Shown: positions 47,791 to 58,295 of the stretch, piece by piece
Layout of the letters: each line of letters opens with the position of its first letter
Numbering within the stretch: the stretch's first letter is position 1
Assembly: GCA_965277405.1 (NCBI GenBank)
Contig: OZ255726.1
Coordinates: 448,001 to 512,000, forward strand
DNA length: 64,000 nt
Direction of reading: 5' to 3'
DNA from: Gammaproteobacteria bacterium
GTDB taxonomy: Bacteria > Pseudomonadota > Gammaproteobacteria > G965277405
The notes under the pieces: generated by a model
Seen by the model: the letters and a program-made list of their open reading frames with translations, nothing else
Databases searched by the model: none
What the model was told of the DNA's origin: nothing
Translations under genes and position numbers: made by a program

Positions 47791-50700
47791 TTACATACCA
47801 AGCGTGAGGTAGTACTGGGTATCACCGCCAATAGCATCTGCGCCGCGGATATACCCTAGGCGCAGTGGCAGCGGCAGGATATAGCCAAGATCTAATTGCA
47901 GTTCCAGTTCGCCACCGACGGCGGTACGGACTAAGTTATCAGTAGCTTGTTCGTCATAAAATCGTGCCGATTCAATATAAAAATTTGCCGATAATTCATG
48001 AAAACCTATTGGCGGCATAAAAAAACCATTGGCGATATCATACACAAAAATCGACAATTGAGACTTTCCTTGCAACAGCACACGACCGCTAGCTACGCCA
48101 TCTACATATCCACGCAACAAGGCATTGGATCTAAAAAATTGCTGAGGGTCAAATTTGCTTTGGCGCAATGTGATTGGTGTTTCGTCGCTGTTACGCCAGT
48201 TTGCTTCACCTTGCATAGCGATAGAACCGAGTCTGCCAAAGCTAAAAATATATTTATACTGCATATACGCACCGCTGCCGTCCATTTTAGTTTTTTTTAC
48301 GGCGTTGGCAGACTCCACAAAAAACTCAAAGGCAGCACCATCACTCATATATGGCAGGAATAACTGCTGGTTGAGGTCTGCATATTTTAGCCCGATGCCA
48401 ATGGCGCGGTTATCTACCATGCCTGGTGCGAAACCATCTTCACTCAAATTATGCAGACGCTCGGCGCCATAGCCGAAGATTACTTGCCAATTGTATGCTG
48501 GGGTAAGTGGTGGTGTGTACAACGTGTCTAGATATTCTGAACGGGAAAAACCATGGGTAACTATGTTTTGGTTATTGGTATAACTCACGATTTTAGGTGC
48601 GCTGGCAGCGTGGACTTGTAACAACCGCGCATATGAATATGTTAAATTTACTCCCAAGGCATGCTGCGCAGTTGCTTGATATGCTTGATTTGCAAGATAC
48701 GCTGATATTTTTCCAGTGTACTTATGTCGACGCAGTGCATCAAAACCAGATAAATTGATGGAATATATGTTGTACGCACCATTATTAACAGCAATGGACG
48801 GCACAAAATATTGTGGTGTTAGCGTTGACCAAGGTGAATACGGCGAGGACTTTACCCGGTCAAAATAGGCCTCAAGTTTAAGCTGCTGCTGCTCAGCAAC
48901 TTGCAACAACGCAGGGGTTGTTGTCGATTGTGTTACTAGTTGCCGTCTGAACATTGGTTGTAGAGTTTTTTTGTGGATCTCATAACCTTGTGCAGTATTT
49001 ATTTGAAAGACAAGCGTGTTTGTTTCGTCAAAGACAATTGGGAACATTGCTGCGCTAATCTCATTACTTATTGTTTGTTCTACCCCAGTTGCGATATTGA
49101 GCATGCGAATATTAAACACCCCGCCATAATTAGAGCTGTAGACAATATTTTTACCAGTACTGCTGAAGCGTGCTTGGATTTGTAAATCTGCATCATTGGT
49201 AATACGGCTGAGTTTTTTTTCATCAATCAAGTACGCATACAGGTCCCAACTATGATTGTTAGTTTTTATTGACAGCAACAGTTTATTCTCTGTAGGATGC
49301 CAATCGAGCGAGGTAATTTGCTGCTCTGGGTCAACCCGTAATACTGTTTCGCTAGTTTTTGAATACACAGCAACGCCATCTTCATCAAACGCTTGGTGTA
49401 ATGTGTGGAGCGCGAGTACACTCTGATGATCCTCTATACGAATGCTGGCAAAGGCGTCGCTATTTTGCTTCCAAGCAATTTTTTGATGGCGCTCACAAGA
49501 GCTGATTTGGAATTGGTCTGGATTGTTAGGAAACTGAACAAATATTTCAAAGTATTTTGGAATGGCCTCAAGATACATGGCATTATCTGTAATGATTTTG
49601 CTGCAAACAGTTGGTTTGATGAGCAACAGGCGCTGTTGCCCACCGATATCAAAATCAATAACATCTTTTGCATGGGCAATCATGTCGATATTCGAAGTAT
49701 CTGCAAATGGGATAGGGTTACGGATAATAACTGGATCATCAAAACCATTATAGATTATACTATATATAGCCTGACCCCTGCCTTTGGGGTTGATTGGACT
49801 GACGCTTTGTTGTAGTTCATCCGTTGATTGTAGGTTAGATAGTTGGGTAATAGCGTCGGATGTAATATCGGTTAAACGCCCATATCTATTGAGTGTGAAG
49901 ATTTGTGCACTAAATTTTTCTTGCAAATATTCCGTATATTCACGCCAAATCGTATCGAGATCTTTACCAAAAACAAACTCAGTATTACGGTCGAGCATAA
50001 ACGGAACTTGCTTGGAATAATTACTCAAAAACTTGCGCAACCTACGCTTGCCGTACTTGCTTTCAATAAATTCAAAAAAATAATAGCCATAATACAACGA
50101 GCGCCCAAGGGGGAATTGTTTGCTATCATAGGTAACACGCGAGACAGAAAGAAATCCATTTTCTAACTCAAGGCGCATAAATCCATCATAGATACCAGTT
50201 GATCCGCGACCAATACGCTTGGCAGTATCGGTGGTCAAGTATGTCGCAATGCCTTCGATAATCCACTTTGGTTGGACTAGGTTTGGAAACAATAAAGGAT
50301 GACGTCCCAATATGCTACGCAATGTTGAGTAGCCAATACCACTTGCCTTATCAAGATGGTATAGATGCACTGCCGCATGCTTAACCATAAGTGCGACCCA
50401 ATTTTCACGAGCTATGAGCTGGTCTGTATCGGCATTGCTGATGTTGATAATATTATGGTTAAACGGTAACGGCGAGGAAAAATTAATGGGATTATCAACA
50501 TCCTGGATAACCACGTGGTAGTCTGCTGACTGCCACTCAAAAAAAACAAGATATTCATCTTGAATGGCTTGGTTGATACTGGCAATTTTGCGTGCCTGTA
50601 ACTCATGTCGTTGTTGAAAGTGAACACTAAAGTATGCCCCAGAAATCGTGCGCCATTCATCAATTGGTTGTGGTTCTGGGTTTTCTGCACTCAACACGCC

Positions 50701-50793
50701 GCACGTTAACAGCGCACATATCAGCCCTAAACACAGCTGTTGGTAACGGCTACTTTGCCAACAACTAGGTATATTTTTTGCCAAACCAAACAC
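47791..50793 (-). CDS. Outer-membrane protein: gluzincin-like domain + TolB-like beta-propeller + Omp85-like barrel
   Basis: Signal peptide; HAAVH...PKWIIEGIATY; WHP/FSSTG propeller repeats; LLRGY and an alternating beta-strand C-terminus. Confidence 0.7.
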   Translation of the reverse strand: MFGLAKNIPSCWQSSRYQQLCLGLICALLTCGVLSAENPEPQPIDEWRTISGAYFSVHFQQRHELQARKIASINQAIQDEYLVFFEWQSADYHVVIQDVDNPINFSSPLPFNHNIINISNADTDQLIARENWVALMVKHAAVHLYHLDKASGIGYSTLRSILGRHPLLFPNLVQPKWIIEGIATYLTTDTAKRIGRGSTGIYDGFMRLELENGFLSVSRVTYDSKQFPLGRSLYYGYYFFEFIESKYGKRRLRKFLSNYSKQVPFMLDRNTEFVFGKDLDTIWREYTEYLQEKFSAQIFTLNRYGRLTDITSDAITQLSNLQSTDELQQSVSPINPKGRGQAIYSIIYNGFDDPVIIRNPIPFADTSNIDMIAHAKDVIDFDIGGQQRLLLIKPTVCSKIITDNAMYLEAIPKYFEIFVQFPNNPDQFQISSCERHQKIAWKQNSDAFASIRIEDHQSVLALHTLHQAFDEDGVAVYSKTSETVLRVDPEQQITSLDWHPTENKLLLSIKTNNHSWDLYAYLIDEKKLSRITNDADLQIQARFSSTGKNIVYSSNYGGVFNIRMLNIATGVEQTISNEISAAMFPIVFDETNTLVFQINTAQGYEIHKKTLQPMFRRQLVTQSTTTPALLQVAEQQQLKLEAYFDRVKSSPYSPWSTLTPQYFVPSIAVNNGAYNIYSINLSGFDALRRHKYTGKISAYLANQAYQATAQHALGVNLTYSYARLLQVHAASAPKIVSYTNNQNIVTHGFSRSEYLDTLYTPPLTPAYNWQVIFGYGAERLHNLSEDGFAPGMVDNRAIGIGLKYADLNQQLFLPYMSDGAAFEFFVESANAVKKTKMDGSGAYMQYKYIFSFGRLGSIAMQGEANWRNSDETPITLRQSKFDPQQFFRSNALLRGYVDGVASGRVLLQGKSQLSIFVYDIANGFFMPPIGFHELSANFYIESARFYDEQATDNLVRTAVGGELELQLDLGYILPLPLRLGYIRGADAIGGDTQYYLTLGM

Positions 50794-51640
50794 AGCCTGC
50801 CACTAAAAACGCACATAAAATAGTTGAAAAGCCAATGGGTTCATCAAGCAGTACGGCGCTTACGAAAATGGTAAAAAATATTTGTAATAATTGAATTTGG
50901 CTTACTGTGGTTATACCCCCCAATGCTAACCCTTTATTCCACAAGAAAAAACCTATCAATTGACTAAACAGCGCTAAATATAGAAAACTCAACCAACTCT
51001 GCCAAGAAATTTCCATAAAAGCACTTGGTGCGGCATATATGGCAATAGGTATTGTGACTGGAGTGGCTACGATAATGGACCAGCTTATCACCCACCAACC
51101 TGGCATTATTGTAGAGAGCTGTCCGCCTTTTACATAGCCAATTGCTGTGAGTATAATTGCAACAAACAAATACCCGTCTGCAATGCTTAGAGAACCTAGA
51201 CCTTGGCTTGCCGCGTATAAAGTAACTACCGCCGCACCAATCACTGCAAACATCCAAAACCCTTGGCTGGGTTTTTTTTCGCCAAACAATACAGCAATTG
51301 CGGCTGTTGCCAGCGGCAAGATGCCAAGCACGACCCCGCCATAGCTAGCACTGACAGTTTGCATGGCAAATGCAGTAAGCAGCGGGAAACCAATAACCGT
51401 TCCTAAACAGATAATCGCAAGTTGCTTAAACTGCCTAAATGTCGGCAATTGTGCCCGCGTAACAAGCAAAATTACTGCTGCTACGATGCATGCAACACTC
51501 GATCGGCCAATGCCACTAAATAACGGGCCAAATGCAGGGATCGCAATTCGCAGCATCGGTAATGTGAGTGAAAACATCATAACGCCGATTGTTCCCAAAA
51601 AAATTCCTAAATATTGTTGCTGCAATGCTGGATTATTCAT
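50765..51640 (-). CDS. DMT/EamA-family transporter
   Basis: Two EamA repeats, about 10 TM segments, GFFLWNKGLALGG. Confidence 0.88.
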   Translation of the reverse strand: MNNPALQQQYLGIFLGTIGVMMFSLTLPMLRIAIPAFGPLFSGIGRSSVACIVAAVILLVTRAQLPTFRQFKQLAIICLGTVIGFPLLTAFAMQTVSASYGGVVLGILPLATAAIAVLFGEKKPSQGFWMFAVIGAAVVTLYAASQGLGSLSIADGYLFVAIILTAIGYVKGGQLSTIMPGWWVISWSIIVATPVTIPIAIYAAPSAFMEISWQSWLSFLYLALFSQLIGFFLWNKGLALGGITTVSQIQLLQIFFTIFVSAVLLDEPIGFSTILCAFLVAGCVWFGKKYT

Positions 51641-51729
51641 ATGTTTTATGAGTTAGAATGGCGAACATTCTTGCATCGTCTTGATTGGCACATACTATCA
51701 ACCTCCTTTTTTGAATAATTGAGTTAAAC

Positions 51730-52047
51730 ATGAATTACGCAGTCATTAAAACTGGTGGCAAACAATACAGAGTAAATTCTGGAAGTAAGCTAGAAATAGA
51801 AAAAATTGAAGCTAGTGTTGGTGAAAACATTACATTTGATACAGTGATTATGGTAAAAAAGGATGAAGAAGATGCGGTATTTGGCACACCATATGTTGCA
51901 TCGGCAACAGTCAGTGCAGCCGTAATTGGACAGATTCGCGACCCAAAAGTGAAAATTTTAAAGTTTAAGCGCAGGAAACACCACATGAAACAAATGGGAC
52001 ATCGTCAATATAAAACCCAAATTCAAATTACCGCAATATCTGCATAG
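51730..52047 (+). CDS. rplU: 50S ribosomal protein L21
   Basis: YAVIKTGGKQYRV, KFKRRK, GHRQ. Confidence 0.97.
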   Translation: MNYAVIKTGGKQYRVNSGSKLEIEKIEASVGENITFDTVIMVKKDEEDAVFGTPYVASATVSAAVIGQIRDPKVKILKFKRRKHHMKQMGHRQYKTQIQITAISA

Positions 52048-52056
52048 GAGCATAGC

Positions 52057-52308
52057 ATGGCACATAAAAAGGCTGGGGGTAGTACCCGTAATGGACGTGA
52101 TTCGCAATCGAAAAGGCTCGGGGTAAAACGCTTTGGTGGCGAGCTGGTTAAAGCCGGTGCAATTATCATTCGTCAGCGTGGCACAAAAGTGCATGCAGGC
52201 ACCAATGTTGGGATTGGCCGTGATCACACACTTTTTGCAAAAGCTGCAGGTAACGTAACTTTTAGCAAAGGTGGTGCCCATAACCGCATGTTTGTCAGCA
52301 TTCAATAA
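52057..52308 (+). CDS. rpmA: 50S ribosomal protein L27
   Basis: [16 protein letters not shown]. Confidence 0.98.
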   Translation: MAHKKAGGSTRNGRDSQSKRLGVKRFGGELVKAGAIIIRQRGTKVHAGTNVGIGRDHTLFAKAAGNVTFSKGGAHNRMFVSIQ

Positions 52309-52380
52309 ATAATCACTTTTATTCATGGTATTTATAAAATCAATAGTATGTATTCGCCTTGCATGTAGGAGTGCCTGTCA

Positions 52381-53484
52381 ATGCTTTTTGTTGATGAAGC
52401 AACAATAGAGGTCACCGCTGGCAACGGAGGTAATGGTTGTGTGAGTTTCTTACGCCAACGCAATCGACCAAAAGGTGGTCCTGATGGTGGCAATGGTGGT
52501 AAAGGAGGCAGCGTGTATTTACAAGCAACGAATGACCTGAATACCCTCGTTGATTTTCGCTACCAGCCAAAATATACCGCAAAAAACGGCATCCACGGCA
52601 GTGGTGCCAATAAAAACGGCGCACAAGGTGTGGATATCTATATCAAAATTCCCGTTGGCACATGTGTTTACAGTGCCGAATCTGGGGTGGTACTAGACGA
52701 TTTTCGCGATCATAATCACGTTGTATGCATTGCTGCTGGTGGCAAAGGCGGCATCGGCAATATTCACTTTAAATCGAGCATCAACCGCAGTCCGCGCCAG
52801 TCAACAACTGGGGTTAAAGGTGAATATTTAAAACTTTTTATGCAGTTGCGCTTGATTGCAGATGTTGGCTTACTCGGGCTGCCGAATGCCGGAAAGTCTA
52901 CGCTTATCCGCGCGGTTTCGGCCGCAACACCAAAAGTTGCTGACTACCCGTTCACTACGCTGATTCCCAATCTGGGCACAGTCCGCATTGCGGCAGGCAA
53001 TTCATTTTTGATTGCAGATATTCCTGGAATAATTGCTGGCGCAAGCGTGGGGAAAGGACTTGGTCTCGAGTTTCTCCGCCATATTGCCCGCACAAATTTG
53101 TTGTTGCATTTGCTCGATGTCTGCGGCGAACAAGCGGTCGAAGAACAATATTTTGTGATAGAGAACGAACTAAAAAAAAGCAGCGCGGTGTTTCTTGATA
53201 AGCAGCGCTGGGTTGTCCTCAATAAATCTGATACCGTCAGTGCAGCAGAGATCGAATTACTCCAAACACGGATTACCAAGATTACCGACATTCCAATTTG
53301 GGTAACTTCAGCTGCTACCAAAGACGGCTGCCAAGCATTGATGCACGCGGTGTCATTGTGGTTGCAAGCTGAAGATGAACGCCGGCGCAATAATGCAGAA
53401 TACAACCGCGCCCAAAACACCCAAATCGACCAAATTGCCAAAGATATTCAAACGAAGTTTAGCGATAATGCACTCGACAGCTGA
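52381..53484 (+). CDS. obgE: GTPase ObgE
   Basis: GGPDGGNGG, GLPNAGKST, DYPFTT, DIPG, NKSD. Confidence 0.97.
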   Translation: MLFVDEATIEVTAGNGGNGCVSFLRQRNRPKGGPDGGNGGKGGSVYLQATNDLNTLVDFRYQPKYTAKNGIHGSGANKNGAQGVDIYIKIPVGTCVYSAESGVVLDDFRDHNHVVCIAAGGKGGIGNIHFKSSINRSPRQSTTGVKGEYLKLFMQLRLIADVGLLGLPNAGKSTLIRAVSAATPKVADYPFTTLIPNLGTVRIAAGNSFLIADIPGIIAGASVGKGLGLEFLRHIARTNLLLHLLDVCGEQAVEEQYFVIENELKKSSAVFLDKQRWVVLNKSDTVSAAEIELLQTRITKITDIPIWVTSAATKDGCQALMHAVSLWLQAEDERRRNNAEYNRAQNTQIDQIAKDIQTKFSDNALDS

Positions 53485-54538
53485 GCTAATTAGTGACTTT
53501 GCCGCAGGCAAAATGATTGTGTTGCTCGACGATGAGCAACGCGAAAATGAAGGCGATATCATCGTTGCGGCGGAAAAAGTAACCCCAGCGATAATAAATT
53601 TTATGGCGAAACACGCGCGCGGCTTGATTTGTTTTCCAATCGAAGCAACACGCTGCCAGCAACTTGGGCTGCAGTTGATGTCGCACCATAACCGCTCGCG
53701 CAACCACACCAATTTCACCGTTTCAATCGAAGCGGTTGAGGGCATTACCACTGGTATTTCTGTATATGACCGCGCCCACACTATCAAAACTGCAATTCGC
53801 CACGATGCCAGCAACAACGATATTGTGTCACCAGGCCACGTGTTCCCGATTCAAGCTGTCGCGGGAGGGGTGTTGGTGCGCCCTGGACACACCGAGGCTG
53901 CGGTTGACTTTGCCAAACTCAGCGGCTGCATCCCAGCAGCTGTCATAGTAGAGGTAATGAACGAAGACGGGACTATGGCTCGACTACCTGAACTTACCCA
54001 GTTTGCACAACAGCATGGTTTAAAAATTGGCACGATTGCCAACTTGATTGAATATCGATTAGAACATGAGCAAACGGTTGAGCGCATTCACGTGACCGAG
54101 AATTACCAATATCTTGGTCAAACATGGAAATTACACAGATACCAAGACCATATCCATGGCTCTATACACTCAGCACTGGTTAAAGGCGATATTAATACAG
54201 CAATACCGTTGGTGCGGGTGCAGCAATACACCCCAGTTGATGACTTGCTTGGAGTGAGTAACACTGGCTCATGGACATGGCTTGAGGCAATCAAAACTAT
54301 GGACAGTGCAGAATCAGCAGTAGCTGTATTGCTGAATTTTCCGCATCACTATCAAAAAACCGATGCAACAGCTCATGCGTCGACAAATTTTCAAACATAC
54401 GGTACTGGTGCGCAAATCCTTGCCGACCTCTGCGTGCATAAAATGCGTTTACTGAGCTCACCGATTCGGTTGTCGGCACTCTCAGGATTCTCGCTAGAAA
54501 TTGTCGAGATGGTCGCTCCCAGGTCAACTAATATCTGA
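53468..54538 (+). CDS. ribB: DHBP synthase fused to a degenerate GTP cyclohydrolase II-like domain
   Basis: DDEQRENEGD, TTGIS..DR, PGHVFP, GHTEA; the C-terminal domain lacks the GCH-II Cys motif. Confidence 0.9.
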   Translation: MHSTAELISDFAAGKMIVLLDDEQRENEGDIIVAAEKVTPAIINFMAKHARGLICFPIEATRCQQLGLQLMSHHNRSRNHTNFTVSIEAVEGITTGISVYDRAHTIKTAIRHDASNNDIVSPGHVFPIQAVAGGVLVRPGHTEAAVDFAKLSGCIPAAVIVEVMNEDGTMARLPELTQFAQQHGLKIGTIANLIEYRLEHEQTVERIHVTENYQYLGQTWKLHRYQDHIHGSIHSALVKGDINTAIPLVRVQQYTPVDDLLGVSNTGSWTWLEAIKTMDSAESAVAVLLNFPHHYQKTDATAHASTNFQTYGTGAQILADLCVHKMRLLSSPIRLSALSGFSLEIVEMVAPRSTNI

Positions 54539-54549
54539 TACCACCGCAA

Positions 54550-55176
54550 ATGTTAGAGTTGTATATCATTGCGACAACCACGATGATAGCCACCGTTGGT
54601 CCGCAAGATGTTGCGGTGCTTTTTGCCGTGCTGAGCAAAGATTTTAGCCAACAAAAAGCCAGAAGAATTGCCTTGCGTGGGGTGTTGATTGCCAGCGGAA
54701 TTATTTTTTTATTTGCTTTTTTTGGTGAAGCCTTGCTCAACAGCTTTGGTATCAGCCTAGCAGCACTCCAAGTTGCTGGCGGAATTTTATTGTTGTTGAT
54801 GAGCATCGACATGGTGTTTGCCCGTCCATCGGGTGCGACAGCACCAACCAGCGACGAACAACGCGAAGCAAAATCTCGAGAGGATATTTCAGTATTCCCG
54901 CTGGCGATGCCATTGATTGCAGGACCAGGAACCATGGGGTCAGCAATCTTACTAATGACAAAAACACAAGGTGTTGTAGAGCAGCAAATAATGGTGTTGC
55001 TTGGGATTAGCTCAGTATTACTGCTAACGTATGTGCTGTTACTGCTTGCAGGGCAAGTCAAAAAAATCCTCGGAGTCACCGGGATGCACGTCATCGGCAG
55101 AGTGTTTGGGATTCTCCTCGCTGGATTAGCCGTGCAATTTATCTTCGACGGGATGTCATCAAGCGGGTTGATATAG
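54550..55176 (+). CDS. MarC-family membrane protein
   Basis: VAGGILL, FPLAMPLIAGPG, GRVFGILLA. Confidence 0.9.
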   Translation: MLELYIIATTTMIATVGPQDVAVLFAVLSKDFSQQKARRIALRGVLIASGIIFLFAFFGEALLNSFGISLAALQVAGGILLLLMSIDMVFARPSGATAPTSDEQREAKSREDISVFPLAMPLIAGPGTMGSAILLMTKTQGVVEQQIMVLLGISSVLLLTYVLLLLAGQVKKILGVTGMHVIGRVFGILLAGLAVQFIFDGMSSSGLI

Positions 55177-55537
55177 CTGCAAGGCGTAAATAAGCTGTAT
55201 AAAGCCCTACAAACGCCACAAGTTGTGTCATGGCATCATCTTTAATATTCGTGCCACTGCCAACGTCAGCAACCTTTTTTGAGCAGTTATACCGATGCTG
55301 TCTGGCTGCAACTTTACTCAGGATGTATGCAATTACATGGTGTAACAATGCTGTATTGCTATAATTATAATAAATGCTTCTGGGGCATTACTACATTTTT
55401 TTACACAAAACTCAACAACCAATACACCCACAAAATATGCAAAATAAAATGGGTATAAGGTATATTAAATTTGGGTGTAATCAACAAGAGTAACATTGCC
55501 GCACGCCCACACTCCATCTCCTAACTTCAGGATTACT

Positions 55538-56031
55538 ATGAAAAATTTACTAACAATATTGGTCTTGTTAAGCGCAACATTCACCTTGTTTGGATGTAAC
55601 AACTCCAAACGTATGGTAGAAGAGTAACACACGGAGAAGTCGCAGAAATTAAAATTACTGGAAACGCCGCAACATTATTATCAGTATTTGCAGATCCACG
55701 TCTAGACGTGTGGGATGCTACAGCCGTAGTGGTTAGTGGTCAAGCGCTGAGTGTGCGAACAACAATAATTGAATACGTCGAAGATCAATATATTCGCGTG
55801 TCGCATGATCCATCTGCTAATGTTTTAAGCTATTCCCTTACAGATGACCTCGTATCTACAACACAACCTGGAGCGTCTACACCGCAACATCCTGAGGGAT
55901 ATATTTATAATGTAAATGATGTAAAAACGTATCCCCTTACAGTAGCAAGCGACAATGGCACACATGTTACCAGTGATGATGATATTTACGTTATTGGTAA
56001 CGGTTTTCAAACATTAGAAAATGATGACTAG
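55538..56031 (+). pseudogene. Frameshifted lipoprotein of unknown function
   Basis: MKNLLTILVLLSATFTLFGC lipobox, stop at 55627; a different frame is open from 55600 to 56031. Confidence 0.5.
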
Positions 56032-56572
56032 TACCAGTATTAGCAGAGGAAGACAGATAACCTTATTCGACGCTCCACCCTTACATCGACCGACGGGCTA
56101 CGCGTCGACCAAGTATTAAATACGCAGGTATAGTATTTAAATACCTATAAACTATAATTTTATAAAATGGTTGTTGAGAATAGCAACGACCGTTTTGTAT
56201 GGCGGCGCTGGCTTAGCTGGAAACAACAAGTGCTGGGGGTATTGCAGTGGTCTTGTGACGTCGATTTCAACATTATTGTGGATCATTATTTTGGATAAAG
56301 TGCGGCAACAAACAATATATATGGGTGTACGTATGTACCGCAATTTGCGCAAAGTTTTGCCCACATTTTTCTCACAAGGCGGGAGTGCAAACGCGCGAAC
56401 ACTGTATGGTGATTGCCGCGGTCAAGAGTTTCAGAGCGCTGCATTTTTTCAACAATTCGCAGCGCAGGTCTAAAAATTTGTGTAAAACAAATAATCTGCA
56501 GCACATTTGTGCAAAATTGCCCAAATCACCTAGCTATAAAATATTTTTAATAATTGTCCGTATACTTTGCCA

Positions 56573-57454
56573 ATGTATCTGCAAGACACCATCGGCAATA
56601 CCCCACTCGTTGCACTGCAACGGCTAGCAATTGCCAACAACAATCAAATTTTTTGTAAGCTCGAAGGGAATAATCCCGCTGGTTCAGTCAAAGACCGGCC
56701 AGCGTATAACATGATAGTCCAAGCACTTGCCCGCGGCGATATTCAAAGCGGTGATACCTTGATTGAAGCTACCAGCGGCAACACTGGCATTGCCTTGGCA
56801 ATGGTCGCAGCTATGCTGGGGATGAAAATGGTGTTGTTAATGCCTGCAAATTCTACCCAAGAGCGCAAAGACGCAATGCTTGCTTACAATGCCGAGCTTA
56901 TTGAAATCGACCCAGCAGGCGGGATGGAATTAGCACGCGATACCGCATTAACCATGGCAAGCCAAGGAAAAGGAAAAGTACTAAATCAATTTGCCAACCC
57001 TGATAATTGGCGGGCACACTTCAGCGGCACTGGTCCTGAAATTTGGCAACAGACGAATCAGCAAGTCAGCCACTTTGTCTCGGCAATGGGTACAACAGGT
57101 ACAATAATGGGTGTGTCTAAATACCTTAAACAACAAGATGCATCAATACAAATTATTGGATTACAGCCAACTGATGGCAGCAAAATACCAGGTATTCGCC
57201 GCTGGCCAGCTGAATACATGCCAGCTATTTTTGATGCGTCAGCAGTAGATACCATTATTGATGTAAACAGCACTGACGCCCAAACAACCATGCGCGACCT
57301 TGCACAACAAGAAGGAATTTTTGCTGGGGTTTCGTCAGGTGGAGCTGTATGGGGAGCGATGGAAGTTGCCAAGACGTGTGAAAACGCAACGATTGTCGCC
57401 ATTATCTGCGACCGCGGCGACCGCTATCTCTCATCTGGCGTGTATACGCAATAG
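56573..57454 (+). CDS. cysM: Cysteine synthase B
   Basis: KLEGNNPAGSVKDR, EATSGNTG, MGTTGT, IPGIRRWP, CDRGDRYLS. Confidence 0.95.
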   Translation: MYLQDTIGNTPLVALQRLAIANNNQIFCKLEGNNPAGSVKDRPAYNMIVQALARGDIQSGDTLIEATSGNTGIALAMVAAMLGMKMVLLMPANSTQERKDAMLAYNAELIEIDPAGGMELARDTALTMASQGKGKVLNQFANPDNWRAHFSGTGPEIWQQTNQQVSHFVSAMGTTGTIMGVSKYLKQQDASIQIIGLQPTDGSKIPGIRRWPAEYMPAIFDASAVDTIIDVNSTDAQTTMRDLAQQEGIFAGVSSGGAVWGAMEVAKTCENATIVAIICDRGDRYLSSGVYTQ

Positions 57455-57717
57455 CTCGTGCTGCGACAACAACCGCGCAACCGCAACAGCATATTATTAT
57501 TTACATTGTTCCAATATATACATTGTGCCGATGTTTGCAAATAACGTTTTGCCAACTCTAAAAGTGTAAATCATCTGCGGCGACGAATATCACTGCATGA
57601 TATTTGCTAAAAATTGTATTGTATTCAAGATTATCATTATTTTAGAAAACTTTATTTTCAGGCAGTAATACCCACGGCATTGCCAACAAGCTATTCATCA
57701 ATGGCAACCATCCTTAA

Positions 57718-58012
57718 GGAATCTCTGATTAAGTCGCTGATGGGGCGAGTTTGCCTGCAATTGCTGATGATTGCAAGGCGCAAACCGCTAAGAGCATGCC
57801 GTAGCATATACGCCAAGGGATGCAACACAGCAAGTACCGCTTGTAGGCAAACCATCATATATTCAATAGAAGGTCGGGAAAAAACGCTGCGCTAACGTCG
57901 TTGCAGCACTTGGCAGCACCCACAAGACCACCAGTATTATCTGCGCACTGCGTCTAGTTATCATCAGCGTTTTTTCTCCGTCTCGCCCGTCATGGACTTA
58001 ATCAGAGCTTCC
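57718..58012 (+). mobile_element. MITE full copy (295 bp)
   Basis: TTAA|GGAATCTCTGATTAAG...CTTAATCAGAGCTTCC|CTAA. Confidence 0.9.
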
Positions 58013-58062
58013 CTAAATAGGAGTGATGATTGTGACCAGATGATTGCGATGGGCTTTGTTAG

Positions 58063-58295
58063 CAGTACAAAACCACATGGCACACCAATGCTACATTAGC
58101 TATGAAGCTAATATAGTAAGCAAGTTTTACCAATATACCCAACTGACAATGGAGTGATAATAGGAGGATATTCACAGTACAAAACCACATGGCGCGCCAA
58201 TGCTATATTAGCTATAAAGCTAATATAGTCTATAGTTGGCAAGTTTTACCAATATACCCAACTGAAAAGGGTGTAATAATAAAGGGAAATCCACA
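58063..58295 (+). repeat. Tandem ~115-bp duplicated leader, each unit with a palindrome
   Basis: Units 58063-58174 and 58175-58295 share CAGTACAAAACCACATGGC, ATTAGCTATRAAGCTAATATAGT and GCAAGTTTTACCAATATACCCAACTGA. Confidence 0.9.

Noticed and set aside
56171-56473. 100-aa ORF faintly resembling an integrase core (GDCRGQEFQS)
   Set aside because: No convincing DDE spacing or IS ends; cannot be supported without a search.
58078-58092. TGGCAC...TGC as a sigma54 promoter
   Set aside because: GG-to-GC spacing is 9 nt in both units, whereas sigma54 needs 10.
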